From: Planctomycetia bacterium
Lineage (GTDB): Bacteria > Planctomycetota > Planctomycetia > Pirellulales > S012-138
Length of the DNA stretch: 56,305 bases
Assembly: GCA_016177915.1 (NCBI GenBank)
Contig: JACOUI010000087.1
Location: 1 to 56,305 of the forward strand
Direction: 5' to 3'
Below, piece after piece: positions 26,757 through 35,531 of this stretch. The translations under genes were made by a program, and so were the position numbers. The notes beneath the pieces were generated by a model. It did not search any database, had not been told where the DNA came from, and worked only from the letters and a program-made list of their open reading frames with translations. Position 1 is the first letter of the stretch. Each line of letters opens with the position of its first letter.

Positions 26757-28502
26757 TCAATTCCCCGACAGCGCCGCCATCGCCTGCTGGCTGCGGTTCG
26801 TGACCGCGTCCAAAAGCTCGATCGCATACGTCACGTTGTGCAGGCCATTGCCCCGCTTGACGAGTTCCAGGTCGGCCTGCGCCTCGTCCAGCAGCTTCGT
26901 CGCCTTGGCGCGGGCCTCGGCCGGTGCGTCGGTCTTCTCATCGAGCATCTTGCGGGCGTTGTCGTAGGCGGCTTGGGCGTCGGTCATCACCAGCTCCAGG
27001 CCGAGCTTCCACTTGTTGAACGTGTCCTTGTGGCGGTCGCCGTGACAGGCGATGCACGCGCCTTGCGTAGCCTTAATGCTGTCGCCGTGCTGATCGCGGC
27101 TCAGCTCCGTGTGGCAGCCGGTGCAATTCGTCCGGGCGCCGAACATCAGGTTGGGGGTGCTCTTGGGCACGGCCAGCCCGCCGCGGCCCAAAAGCAGGTC
27201 CACCTGCGCCAGGTGGTGGTTGGGGTGGCATTGCGTGCAGCGGGTGAGGATCGAGGACAGGAACTCGCCGTCGTGGCCGTCGCCGTTAGGGATGAGCTTG
27301 TGTTGGATTTCGGAGTGGCAATCGAGGCACCCCGCGCGCTGCTGGGCGACGTGCACCTGGTGGTAGCGCATGACCTGGTCGACGGTGAAAGGCTCCTTCC
27401 AGTCGGCGAAGAACCGCGGCTGGTCGTGGCAGCGCTCGCAATCGCGCCTGGTGACCGTCGAATCCTGATGGGCCGTGTCGGCGTGGCAGGACCGGCAATC
27501 GACCTTACGGGCCAGAATTTCGGTGTGGTTCATCTTCACCAGCTTTTCGACGAGCTTCTCGCCGGCGGGCGTCGTCGTCTCGGCGTGGACGGTGATTTCC
27601 TGCTGCGGCGGCGTGTGGCACATCAGGCACTTGTTCGTGCCGGTGTTGTAGCCTTCGTTGTTGAAGTGGCAGGTGAAGCAGGTCGTCGTGCTGACGTGGA
27701 AGTGATGCGCGGAGCTGTTCTGTTCGGCCCCGACCTCCTTCGAGCCGTAGGAATGGCAGTTCGTACACTGCAAATCGCGCAACTGGGCGATGCGCACCTG
27801 GCGGTGGCGAAGTTGCGTAAACTCCACGAGCACGTCGCGCTCGGCCGTCACGTTCCATTGCTGGCACAGGGAAACAAGTTTCTTGTGGCGGTCGTCGGCC
27901 GGCCCGGATTCTAGCGCCGCCGACGCGAGTTCCGCAAAGTGTTCCTCGCCCACCAGGTTCTTGAGCGTGCCCTCCAGCGCCGCCAGGCGCTCTTCGTGCG
28001 GTTTCTCCAGCTCGTCGCCGTGCTGGAGGTGGCGGGAATGAAGGAACCGGACGGTGCCGATCGTGATCGGCTTGTCCATGAACTTGTTGTCGCCGTGACA
28101 CTTGGCCGTCATGCAGCCCAGGTTGCTCACGTGCGCCCGCGGGCGCGTGGCGCCGTACCGCCCGCTGAAGTAGCTGGTCACCTGGCTCAGGCCGCGGAAC
28201 TTGGCCTTGAGCGTCGTCTGCTCGCCGGGCGCGTAGTGGCATTCGACGCAGGCCACCTGGAGTTTCTCGCCGTGCACGTCGTTGTGCCAGGAGTCGTAAT
28301 ACGGCTCCATGATGTGGCAGGAAGCGCAGAACTGCGCCTGGCTGGTCCGGTATTCCGCGTACTGCAAGCCCCCGGTGCCCAAAAGCAACAGCGCCGAGAG
28401 CACGATCGCCAGCACCAGCAGCCGCCGGCCAAATCGCCCGCGCCTGCGCGGCGGGGCAGCCGGGCGTTCCGTCCCGGACGCTTCCTTTTTTTCTTCCGTC
28501 AT
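26757..28502 (-). CDS. Membrane-anchored NapC/NirT-type multiheme cytochrome (11 CxxCH + 1 CX4CH)
   Basis: Arg-rich N-terminus plus one TM; TSQAQFCASCHIMEPYY.SW and H...V.CVECH are NapC/NirT signatures; CMTAKCH; C-terminal helical GNGLHNVTY. Confidence 0.85.
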   Translation of the reverse strand: MTEEKKEASGTERPAAPPRRRGRFGRRLLVLAIVLSALLLLGTGGLQYAEYRTSQAQFCASCHIMEPYYDSWHNDVHGEKLQVACVECHYAPGEQTTLKAKFRGLSQVTSYFSGRYGATRPRAHVSNLGCMTAKCHGDNKFMDKPITIGTVRFLHSRHLQHGDELEKPHEERLAALEGTLKNLVGEEHFAELASAALESGPADDRHKKLVSLCQQWNVTAERDVLVEFTQLRHRQVRIAQLRDLQCTNCHSYGSKEVGAEQNSSAHHFHVSTTTCFTCHFNNEGYNTGTNKCLMCHTPPQQEITVHAETTTPAGEKLVEKLVKMNHTEILARKVDCRSCHADTAHQDSTVTRRDCERCHDQPRFFADWKEPFTVDQVMRYHQVHVAQQRAGCLDCHSEIQHKLIPNGDGHDGEFLSSILTRCTQCHPNHHLAQVDLLLGRGGLAVPKSTPNLMFGARTNCTGCHTELSRDQHGDSIKATQGACIACHGDRHKDTFNKWKLGLELVMTDAQAAYDNARKMLDEKTDAPAEARAKATKLLDEAQADLELVKRGNGLHNVTYAIELLDAVTNRSQQAMAALSGN

Positions 28503-28538
28503 GAAAAAACTCGGGAATGTGGACGGCCTGCGCCGGAG

Positions 28539-29072
28539 CTACTTCTTCTTCCTCATTTCCGGCGGCGTTTCGGAGTCGTGGTGCCCCTGCAACCGGTGGC
28601 AATCCACGCACACGTTCTTGGGCAGCATCTTCCAGATCGAGCCGCGGACCTCCTTCTCCTGCTCCGGCGTGAGCTTCTTGTTGGTGAAGGGCTTGGCGAT
28701 CTCCTCGTGCTTGCTGCCCGGTCCGTGGCAGGTTTCGCACGTGACGCCGACCAGCCCCGGCGTGGAGGCGGGGTCCTTGAATCCCGTCGGCTCGCCGTGG
28801 CCCGTGGTGTGGCACTTCAGACACTCGGCGTCGGACTGGTGCTTGGCGGTGAGGACCTCGAAGGTCTTGGCGTGCGGCGTGGCGCGCCACTTCAGGAACT
28901 GGTCGAAATGGCAGGCGGAGCAGCGCTTCAAGCCGGTGTACGTTTGGTCGGCGGGAGGCTCGGCCGCGGCCGGACGCGGCGACGCCGCCCCCAACAGCGC
29001 CGACAAGCCGGCGCACACCGCCAGCGAGATTCCCACTACGATCCCAACGCCCGTCCGTTTGGCCGCGGACAT
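28539..29072 (-). CDS. Tetraheme cytochrome c554-like protein
   Basis: Signal peptide, YTGLKRCSACH, W..TPHA, CLKCHTTG, GVTCETCHGPGSKH and CVDCH; GAGGAG RBS. Confidence 0.85.
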   Translation of the reverse strand: MSAAKRTGVGIVVGISLAVCAGLSALLGAASPRPAAAEPPADQTYTGLKRCSACHFDQFLKWRATPHAKTFEVLTAKHQSDAECLKCHTTGHGEPTGFKDPASTPGLVGVTCETCHGPGSKHEEIAKPFTNKKLTPEQEKEVRGSIWKMLPKNVCVDCHRLQGHHDSETPPEMRKKK

Positions 29073-29392
29073 TCGTCCGTCTCCTCTTCTGTGGTGCAAG
29101 TGACGCGGCGAAATCCCATCCCTGATCGAGGCTCAATGCCGCGCGTCCCCGTAGTGAAGTGGCGCCTCGAATGGCCGGATTCTAGCCCGATCCGCGCAGC
29201 CGCACAATCTGACGGGCTGCCGTTGGCCCGTGGACGCCTACCAACGATAGGTCAGAGATGACAGATCGCGCGCATCGGGAATTCCCCGGAACGCCGGCGC
29301 GCGGACGGCTCGTCCCGAGCGTGCCGAAATGTGCGCGGCCGCGCGCTGCGGACGACAGGTGCCGCCGGACCGCAAAATCGCTCTATGCCGCT

Positions 29393-30430
29393 TTACCGGG
29401 CCGCCTGGCCGGCCTTGCGCGAAGCCGATCGTCGAGTACCTCGTGCATCCTGCGCCTTCGCATTCTCGGCCGGCGCACTTGGCTTTCGCCCGAACCGCAT
29501 GGCAATGGCCGCCCCAAGCACGAGTACCGACAACAGAACCACGGCGGACCACCGCGCATACGTGGTCCATGCGATAGGCAGCGCACCCAGGCGCACGGTC
29601 ACGATCTGGCCGCGGGAGAGCGCATCGCCCTCCGAGGCAAAGACTTTTTCGCCCGGATCGTCGCCGGCGGCGGCAGGGAGGCTGCCCTGGACCTCGTCCA
29701 GCTTCTCGTGCCGCACCTGCACCCGCAGCGACTCGCACGGCGCGTCGACCGTTCGCTGCCAGACGCGCTGGCCGTCGTCGTTGCGAAGCGTATAAGTGAA
29801 TCGCAGCCAGCGCTCGCCAGGCAGCCACGGCAGGCTCGTGACCAGACGGCCGTCGATCAGCGTGAATTGCCGCCCGAACGACTCCTTTTCGAACGTCACG
29901 CGCTCAAAGTCGGCCGGGATGCCCAGTTGCAGCGTCAGCGGCTGGCCGTCCGCATGCGCCGCGCGGCCGACAAAGGTGCGCGGGCTGGGGTTGTCGATCA
30001 ACATCGCCTCCTCCACGTGAATCGCCCCCGGCGCCGTGCGAATCGCGATCTCGTGCCGGCGGATAATGAGCGGGCTCGGCTCGGCGACTGCATCGTGAAC
30101 GGCCAGCGGAACGTCCAAGGTAGGTTTGGCGGCCGTCAACTCCACGCGCCGACCGGGATAGTGGATCCCGTCGTGGTTGGCTCCTGGCAAATAGACGCAC
30201 TCCGACCCGACCGGCAGGCCCGAGAATTCATAAAAGCCCCGCTCGTCCGAAAGCGTTTCCGCGACGGGCACAAGTTGCCCGTCCACGACCGCCCGCAGGA
30301 CGACTTCAGCGCGAGCACAGGGCCGGTGGTTTTGCGACGCGTTGACGACTCGGCCGCGGATCACGCCGTCATCCGAAAGCATCGCTCCGGGAACGACGCA
30401 TCCTGCGGCCACCAGCAGCGCGACAAACAT
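29393..30430 (-). CDS. ccm-associated exported protein (carboxypeptidase-regulatory-like N-domain, C-terminal TM)
   Basis: Hydrophobic N-terminus ending VAAGC, IRGRVVN...SDERGFYEFSGL beta-sandwich pattern and a C-terminal TM with a basic tail; last gene of the ccm run. Confidence 0.6.
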   Translation of the reverse strand: MFVALLVAAGCVVPGAMLSDDGVIRGRVVNASQNHRPCARAEVVLRAVVDGQLVPVAETLSDERGFYEFSGLPVGSECVYLPGANHDGIHYPGRRVELTAAKPTLDVPLAVHDAVAEPSPLIIRRHEIAIRTAPGAIHVEEAMLIDNPSPRTFVGRAAHADGQPLTLQLGIPADFERVTFEKESFGRQFTLIDGRLVTSLPWLPGERWLRFTYTLRNDDGQRVWQRTVDAPCESLRVQVRHEKLDEVQGSLPAAAGDDPGEKVFASEGDALSRGQIVTVRLGALPIAWTTYARWSAVVLLSVLVLGAAIAMRFGRKPSAPAENAKAQDARGTRRSASRKAGQAAR

Positions 30431-30453
30431 AAGCGAGGTCCTTCCCTGGCCAG

Positions 30454-30621
30454 TCAAGCGGCCTGACGGCGGTCTGGCACGCGATCTTCCCCGCGGCCGT
30501 CCACGTCCTTCCGCAGCGATTCGAGCTGCCATCGCAGCCGCAGTTGGTTCTGCGCGAGGAATGCCAGGTACCAAAGGAGAGCCGAACCGACCGCCACGCA
30601 TCCGGCGACAAATGTGCCCAT
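30454..30621 (-). CDS. ccmD: CcmD-like small membrane protein (55 aa)
   Basis: AAGGAG RBS, single TM followed by a charged coil (QLRLRWQLESL), directly after ccmC. Confidence 0.65.
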   Translation of the reverse strand: MGTFVAGCVAVGSALLWYLAFLAQNQLRLRWQLESLRKDVDGRGEDRVPDRRQAA

Positions 30622-30647
30622 CGCGAACTCCTTCCATCGCGGGCTGA

Positions 30648-31328
30648 CTACATTCCGACGAGAGCAGACGATCGCCGCGCCAGCTCCGCGACGTGCTGCC
30701 CCAACCGCAGTTGATTTCGGCGGCACTCGCCCAGCCACGCAAATAGCGCCGCCAGTCCCAAGAAGCTGATCCACAGCGCCGCCCGCATCGAGGGATCCAG
30801 CTCCGGAGCGACGGGGTGCATGCCACGGAACCAACGCGTGGCCAGCACCACGAGCGGCACGTCGAGCGCGCCCAGGATCGCCAGGACGGCGGCGACCCGG
30901 GCTTTCCGGTGCGGGTCGTCGATCGTCGACCGGACGAGCAGAATTCCCGACGAGATCACCCACAGGACCAAGGCCGACGTGAGCCGGGGCTCCCATTCCC
31001 ACCAGGCGCCCCAGGCCTCGTGGGCCCAGAGGGAACCGGTGACGAGCGTCAGCGTGCAGCCGAGCCAGCCCACCTCGCCCGCCGCCTGCGCGGCGTGGTC
31101 GAAGCGCAGATCGCGCCGCGCCAGGTAACATGCGCCGCCCGCCGCCATCGCCAGGAATCCCAAGAGCGCCAGCCACGCCACGGGAACGTGCAGGTACACG
31201 ATTCGCTGCGCGTCGCCCATCGTCGCCTCGCGCGGCGCGAGCAGCGCAGCCGCCACGACCACCGCGGCCAGCAGCACCGCGACGGACGATTCGGCGGCGA
31301 CGCGAGAGATCGATCGTCGTGCGCTCAT
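30648..31328 (-). CDS. ccmC: Heme exporter protein C
   Basis: RIVYLHVP, TGSLWA..AWGAWWEWEPRLT (WWD domain) and RGMHP motifs. Confidence 0.9.
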   Translation of the reverse strand: MSARRSISRVAAESSVAVLLAAVVVAAALLAPREATMGDAQRIVYLHVPVAWLALLGFLAMAAGGACYLARRDLRFDHAAQAAGEVGWLGCTLTLVTGSLWAHEAWGAWWEWEPRLTSALVLWVISSGILLVRSTIDDPHRKARVAAVLAILGALDVPLVVLATRWFRGMHPVAPELDPSMRAALWISFLGLAALFAWLGECRRNQLRLGQHVAELARRSSALVGM

Positions 31329-31332
31329 GGCG

Positions 31333-32004
31333 CTATTCCTCAATCGCGTAGTCGAACAACAGCGTACCCGCCGTCACAAAGACGATCGCAAACGCCCACA
31401 GCAATTGCATCCAGCGCCACCAGGCGTCGTCGAAGCGGTCCTCGGCGGCGAGGCGCGTGCACTCGGCCGCCGCCAGAATCACCGGAAACACAAGCGGCAT
31501 CGCCACCAGCAAAAGCAGGCTGCCGCTTCGTCCGTTTCCCGCAGAAAGCGCAGCGGCCAGCGTGCCGACGGCGGCCAGGCCCAGGCAGGCGGGCAGTGCG
31601 ACCGACGCCAGCGCACGCACGTGCGAAAGCAGCGGCAAATCCGACAGCAGAAAATACAGCGGCAGCAGCAGGCAGCCGAGCGCCAGCAAGGCCAGAAAGT
31701 TGACGGCCAGCTTCGCCACGTACAAGGCCCCCGGCGCGATCGGCATCATCCGCAGGCCGTCCCAGCAGCCGTCGTCCCGTTCGCCGGCGACCGAGCGCTC
31801 GATGACCGCCGCACCGGCCAGAAAGACCGACACCCACAAGAGGCCGCCGACGAGCCGCGGCTTTTCGTGCGGCAAAAGGTCCATTTGCAGGCTGAAGACG
31901 AGCGCCGCGACGACCCCCACCAGCAGCATCGCCGGCCAGGCGCGCCGCGAGCGGAACTCGCTCACCAGGTCCTTGTGAATGATCCGGCAGCAGTCGGCAA
32001 ACAC
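31333..32004 (-). CDS. ccmB: Heme exporter protein B
   Basis: KDLVSEFRSR, ERDDGCWDGL and PLVFPVIL motifs, six TMs, located between ccmA and ccmC. Confidence 0.85.
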   Translation of the reverse strand: MFADCCRIIHKDLVSEFRSRRAWPAMLLVGVVAALVFSLQMDLLPHEKPRLVGGLLWVSVFLAGAAVIERSVAGERDDGCWDGLRMMPIAPGALYVAKLAVNFLALLALGCLLLPLYFLLSDLPLLSHVRALASVALPACLGLAAVGTLAAALSAGNGRSGSLLLLVAMPLVFPVILAAAECTRLAAEDRFDDAWWRWMQLLWAFAIVFVTAGTLLFDYAIEE

Positions 32005-32019
32005 GGCCTGCGACCTCCG

Positions 32020-32736
32020 TTACACTGCCTTTCGTGCGGGAAAAACCGACACGTGCACGTCGCCGCGACGCGACGCAACGTCAGTCTCCATCTCGTTTAG
32101 TCTTGCGGACCGAAGCTCGCAAACACGGTCAGCAATCTGGCAGGCGGCAGGTTGCTCATGCGTCGTAAGGCAAACAGCGCATCCGCCGGCCCGCATCGCA
32201 GTGAGCGTTTGCCAGAGCCAACGGGCGCCCTCTTCATCCAACCCTGCAAACGGCTCGTCGAGCAGCAAAACGCGCGGATGATGAATGACCGCGCGTGCCA
32301 AGGTGACGCGCTGTCCCATGCCGCGCGAAACTTGTGAAGGATGGCGCCCGCTATGCGCCGCGAGGCCGACTTCCGCCAGCAGCGCATCGACCCGCTGAGC
32401 TGGCTGGGGGACGCGATACATCCGTGCGGCAAAGAGCAGGTTCTCGCGCAGCGTGAGCTGCGGATAGAGCCGGCTTTCGTGGGCGGACATCCCCAAAAAA
32501 CGCCGCACCGCCGGATCGCCGTCGATTCTCCGCCCGAACCATTCAACCTCGCCCGAGGTGGGCCGAGTGAGTCCGGCCAGGCACCGCAAGAGAGTCGTCT
32601 TGCCGGACCCGTTGTCGCCGCGCCAGGCGACACACTCGCCGGCCGACAGGTCGAAGTCGATCCTGTCCAAGACCGCTTGCCCGCCAAAATGTTTCGTCAG
32701 CCCGATCGCTCGCAGGGGCAGGTCGTGCTCTTTCAT
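32020..32736 (-). CDS. ccmA: Heme ABC exporter ATPase
   Basis: Walker A GDNGSGKTT, signature SRGMGQR, Walker B LLLDEPF; operon context. Confidence 0.85.
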   Translation of the reverse strand: MKEHDLPLRAIGLTKHFGGQAVLDRIDFDLSAGECVAWRGDNGSGKTTLLRCLAGLTRPTSGEVEWFGRRIDGDPAVRRFLGMSAHESRLYPQLTLRENLLFAARMYRVPQPAQRVDALLAEVGLAAHSGRHPSQVSRGMGQRVTLARAVIHHPRVLLLDEPFAGLDEEGARWLWQTLTAMRAGGCAVCLTTHEQPAACQIADRVCELRSARLNEMETDVASRRGDVHVSVFPARKAV

Positions 32737-34787
32737 GGGTCACCTGCCGAATGCAGCGAGCGGATCTTGCGCCAGTGCGGGCGCGTGACAACGCTCCGCG
32801 CGGTTTCTTCCGCTAGCTCATCTTCTCCGTCGGCGGCCGCCAGCGCCGCGTTGCCGTCGTGAAGCCTCTGCGGCCAGAGCCGGATCAAGGCCCCCGCGAC
32901 GATGATGCCGCCCCCCAGCCACAGCCAGCGCATCATCGGATTCTCGACGAACGTCAACGAGACCTGGCCATCGGCCGTGCCGCTGTGCAGGATCGTGTAA
33001 AAGTCGCCGCCCCACGTGGACTGGATCGCCACCTCCGTCGTCCATTCCTGCTGCAGCCGGTGAAAATGCTGCGCCGGGACGAGCGTCGCCTCGACGCGGC
33101 CTCCGCGGGCAATCTCCAGCTCAGCCTCGGCCACGATCCTGTCGGCCAGGTCGCGCTGGTTGCGACGCATGAGGCGGACGTCCCGCCCCGCCCAGGCAAC
33201 CGTCTGCCCCTGGGTCATCACGAACTCCTGCTCCCGATGCCCCAGCGACGAACCCACGATCCCGAGGGCCACCGAAACGAGCCCCAGATGAATCAGAAAT
33301 CCGGCGTATTGCCCGCGACCGCACCGAAGTGCCGTGACTACGCCCCACACGGGCCGCGCCGGATGGCGCTGCTGACCGTCGAGAATCAAAGCGCCCGCGA
33401 GCGCGACGACCGCGCCCACTGCGATCCCGGCCGCCGCCAGCGCGAGCGGGTGATAGCTCACCATCACCGCCGTCAATATCGCCGTCACGCCGCCAGCACA
33501 GGCCGACCCCATCAGCCAGCGATTCTGCCCCTGGCTTGGCCCGACTTTCCAGCGCAGAAGCGGCGCCATCGCCGTGGTCAAAAGCAGCGTCAGCCCGGTG
33601 GGAATGAGCACGTTGTTGTAGAACGCCGGCCCGACCACGATGGGCTTGTCCGAAAACAAGGTCGACAGGGCGGTGCTGCACGTGCCGGTCACGACCACGG
33701 CCGTCAGGAGCAACAGCGAGACGATGGAGACCAGCACGAGCGACTCGCGGCAGAGGATGCTGCGCGCAGCCCCCCCTTGTGCAGCCAGCAACCACCGCCG
33801 TACGAGCAGAATGACCGCCCCGCCGATCAACAGGACCGCCATCAGCGCCAGAAAGAGCCAGCCGATCGGCGACTTGCTGAAGGCGTGCACGCTGCTGAAC
33901 ACCCCGCTGCGCGTGAGAAACGTGGCGAAGTTGCACAGGCCAAACGTGACGAGCGCCAGCGAAAACGCCGTCTTCTTCAGCACGCCCGCGAACTGCCAGG
34001 CCATCATGCCGTGGATCAACGCCGTGCCGGTCAGCCACGGCAGCAGCGACCCGTTTTCGACGGGGTCCCAGCTCCAGTAGCCGCCCCAGCCGAGCTCTTC
34101 ATACGCCCAGTCCGCCCCCAGCAGGATGCCCACGCCCAGCACTGTCCACGCCACCAGTGCCCAGGGCCGCGCCTCGCGAATCCAGCCCGCGTCCGCTCGC
34201 CCGCTGACCAGCGCGACGCAGGCCATCGCAAACGGCACCGTCCACAGCGCGTATCCCAAAAACACGATCGGCGGATGAATCAGCATCGCAGGATGCTGCA
34301 AGAGCGGGCTTAAGCCCGCGCCGTCGTGCGGCGCGGCGAGGCTGGCGTCCATCGGATCGGCAGCGAAAACGATCACCACGATCAGGAACGCCAAGTAGCC
34401 CATCAGCACGCCGAACGTCGGATCGCGCATCGCCGAAGTCTCGCGGCGCGGCTTGAACCGGCAAACAAGCGCGATCACTCCGAGCACAAAGGCCCATAAC
34501 AGGAGCGACCCGGCCTGACCGACCCACAGCGCCGACAGCGAATAGTGCGACGGCAGCAGCTTGCTCGAGTACTGGGCGACGTAAGCAAACGAGAAGTCTT
34601 TTGTGTACAAGGCCCAGGCCAGGGCGCCGACCACGATCGACAGCGCCGCAACGCTGATAACCCCCGCCATCAAACCCGCCGTGCGCACGAGGCGATGGCC
34701 GCGCCAGGTTCCCACCACGCAGCCGAACGCCGAGAACCCGGCGCCGACAAACGCGGCCAAAAGGCAGAATTCGCCCAGGGTTCTCAT
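32733..34787 (-). CDS. ccmF: Cytochrome c heme lyase CcmF/NrfE
   Basis: GQAGSLLLW, GLSPLLQHP.MLIHPP, WAYEELGWGGYWSWDPVEN and TFLTRSGV.SSVHAF motifs. Confidence 0.95.
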   Translation of the reverse strand: MRTLGEFCLLAAFVGAGFSAFGCVVGTWRGHRLVRTAGLMAGVISVAALSIVVGALAWALYTKDFSFAYVAQYSSKLLPSHYSLSALWVGQAGSLLLWAFVLGVIALVCRFKPRRETSAMRDPTFGVLMGYLAFLIVVIVFAADPMDASLAAPHDGAGLSPLLQHPAMLIHPPIVFLGYALWTVPFAMACVALVSGRADAGWIREARPWALVAWTVLGVGILLGADWAYEELGWGGYWSWDPVENGSLLPWLTGTALIHGMMAWQFAGVLKKTAFSLALVTFGLCNFATFLTRSGVFSSVHAFSKSPIGWLFLALMAVLLIGGAVILLVRRWLLAAQGGAARSILCRESLVLVSIVSLLLLTAVVVTGTCSTALSTLFSDKPIVVGPAFYNNVLIPTGLTLLLTTAMAPLLRWKVGPSQGQNRWLMGSACAGGVTAILTAVMVSYHPLALAAAGIAVGAVVALAGALILDGQQRHPARPVWGVVTALRCGRGQYAGFLIHLGLVSVALGIVGSSLGHREQEFVMTQGQTVAWAGRDVRLMRRNQRDLADRIVAEAELEIARGGRVEATLVPAQHFHRLQQEWTTEVAIQSTWGGDFYTILHSGTADGQVSLTFVENPMMRWLWLGGGIIVAGALIRLWPQRLHDGNAALAAADGEDELAEETARSVVTRPHWRKIRSLHSAGDP

Positions 34788-35215
34788 GGGCTTTTTTTCC
34801 CGGTGGAGCTGGCAGAGCTGGAATCGGCCGCGGCGGATTCATACTTGCTGGCGCAGCGCGTCAGCACCTTGTCGCCGCGCAAGAGTCCCCCAGGCGCGAG
34901 CCGCCCTTCGACGACAACGTCCATGTTTTCCTTGAGATTGTCGGGCACGGCACCGTCACAGACGACGTTCAACCTGGCCGAGCGCCCTTGCAGACAGAAG
35001 GTCGCCCGCGAGCGGTCGGCGGCAATCTGCAGCGAGCCGGCGGCGACGCCGCCGCTGACGCGCACCCGATTTCCCTCCAGCTTCGCCGGCTCCGCCAGGC
35101 ATTCGTCGACCGTCACGTAGTACTGCCAGCTCGACGAGGCGCCCACGTACGCCATGTACGTGGTTACTCCAACCACGACGACCAGGCCCCCGGCCAGCTT
35201 GACACCCGGCGACAT
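34784..35215 (-). CDS. ccmE: Heme chaperone CcmE, CxxxY variant
   Basis: N-terminal TM, YYVTVDE, RVRVSG, PDNL....VVVEG and VLTRCASKYE motifs. Confidence 0.9.
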   Translation of the reverse strand: MSPGVKLAGGLVVVVGVTTYMAYVGASSSWQYYVTVDECLAEPAKLEGNRVRVSGGVAAGSLQIAADRSRATFCLQGRSARLNVVCDGAVPDNLKENMDVVVEGRLAPGGLLRGDKVLTRCASKYESAAADSSSASSTGKKSP

Positions 35216-35271
35216 CCTTGTCCTCCCGCCCGCGCTGCTAGCGCCCGCACTCCTCGACGATTGGGCCGCGG

Positions 35272-35300
35272 ACGGTAGCAAATCTTGGGAACGCTGTCAA
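35272..35300 (-). promoter_or_regulatory. Sigma70-like promoter of the ccm operon
   Basis: Minus strand TTGACA-N17-TACCGT with an extended -10 TG. Confidence 0.6.
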
Positions 35301-35410
35301 AGTGAGTCGCGGCGACGGGACGCCCGGCGTCCTGATCTGCAAACCAAAGCCGTCTAATGGCTTGTGGCGCTGCGTCTCTGGCGACATTCCGACGGCAGGC
35401 CGGGCGGCGA

Positions 35411-35511
35411 CGGCGGGATCGAATCCGCACGTCGTACGTTCGATCCAATCGGCTGTGCAGACGAAAAATCCCCGCGGAAGACCATCGCCTCCCGCGGGGA
35501 TTTCGTCGTTT
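35411..35511 (+). repeat. Decayed copy of tRNA-Met 3' part and terminator (attR-like)
   Basis: AATCCGCacGTCGTAcGTTCGA-TCC versus tRNA AATCCGCgtGTCGTAgGTTCGAaTCC. The hairpin AATCCCCGC...GCGGGGATTT.GTCGTTT is shared with 20384..20427. Confidence 0.7.
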
Positions 35512-35531
35512 TTCAAGCCGCGCTTGCGGCG

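Larger units (their letters stand above)
20328..35511. mobile_element. Probable old genomic island at tRNA-Met carrying the multiheme cytochrome/ccm cluster
   Basis: Bounded by an imperfect ~100-bp direct repeat (tRNA 3' part plus hairpin at 20328..20427 versus 35411..35511). No integrase is present inside. Confidence 0.6.

Noticed and set aside
28539-29072. c554-like cytochrome as evidence of ammonia oxidation or anammox
   Set aside because: No hao, hzs or amo genes in the window, and c554-like domains are widespread electron carriers.
35380-35460. Second functional tRNA gene
   Set aside because: No D arm or acceptor stem and the anticodon loop is disrupted; treated as a decayed repeat.
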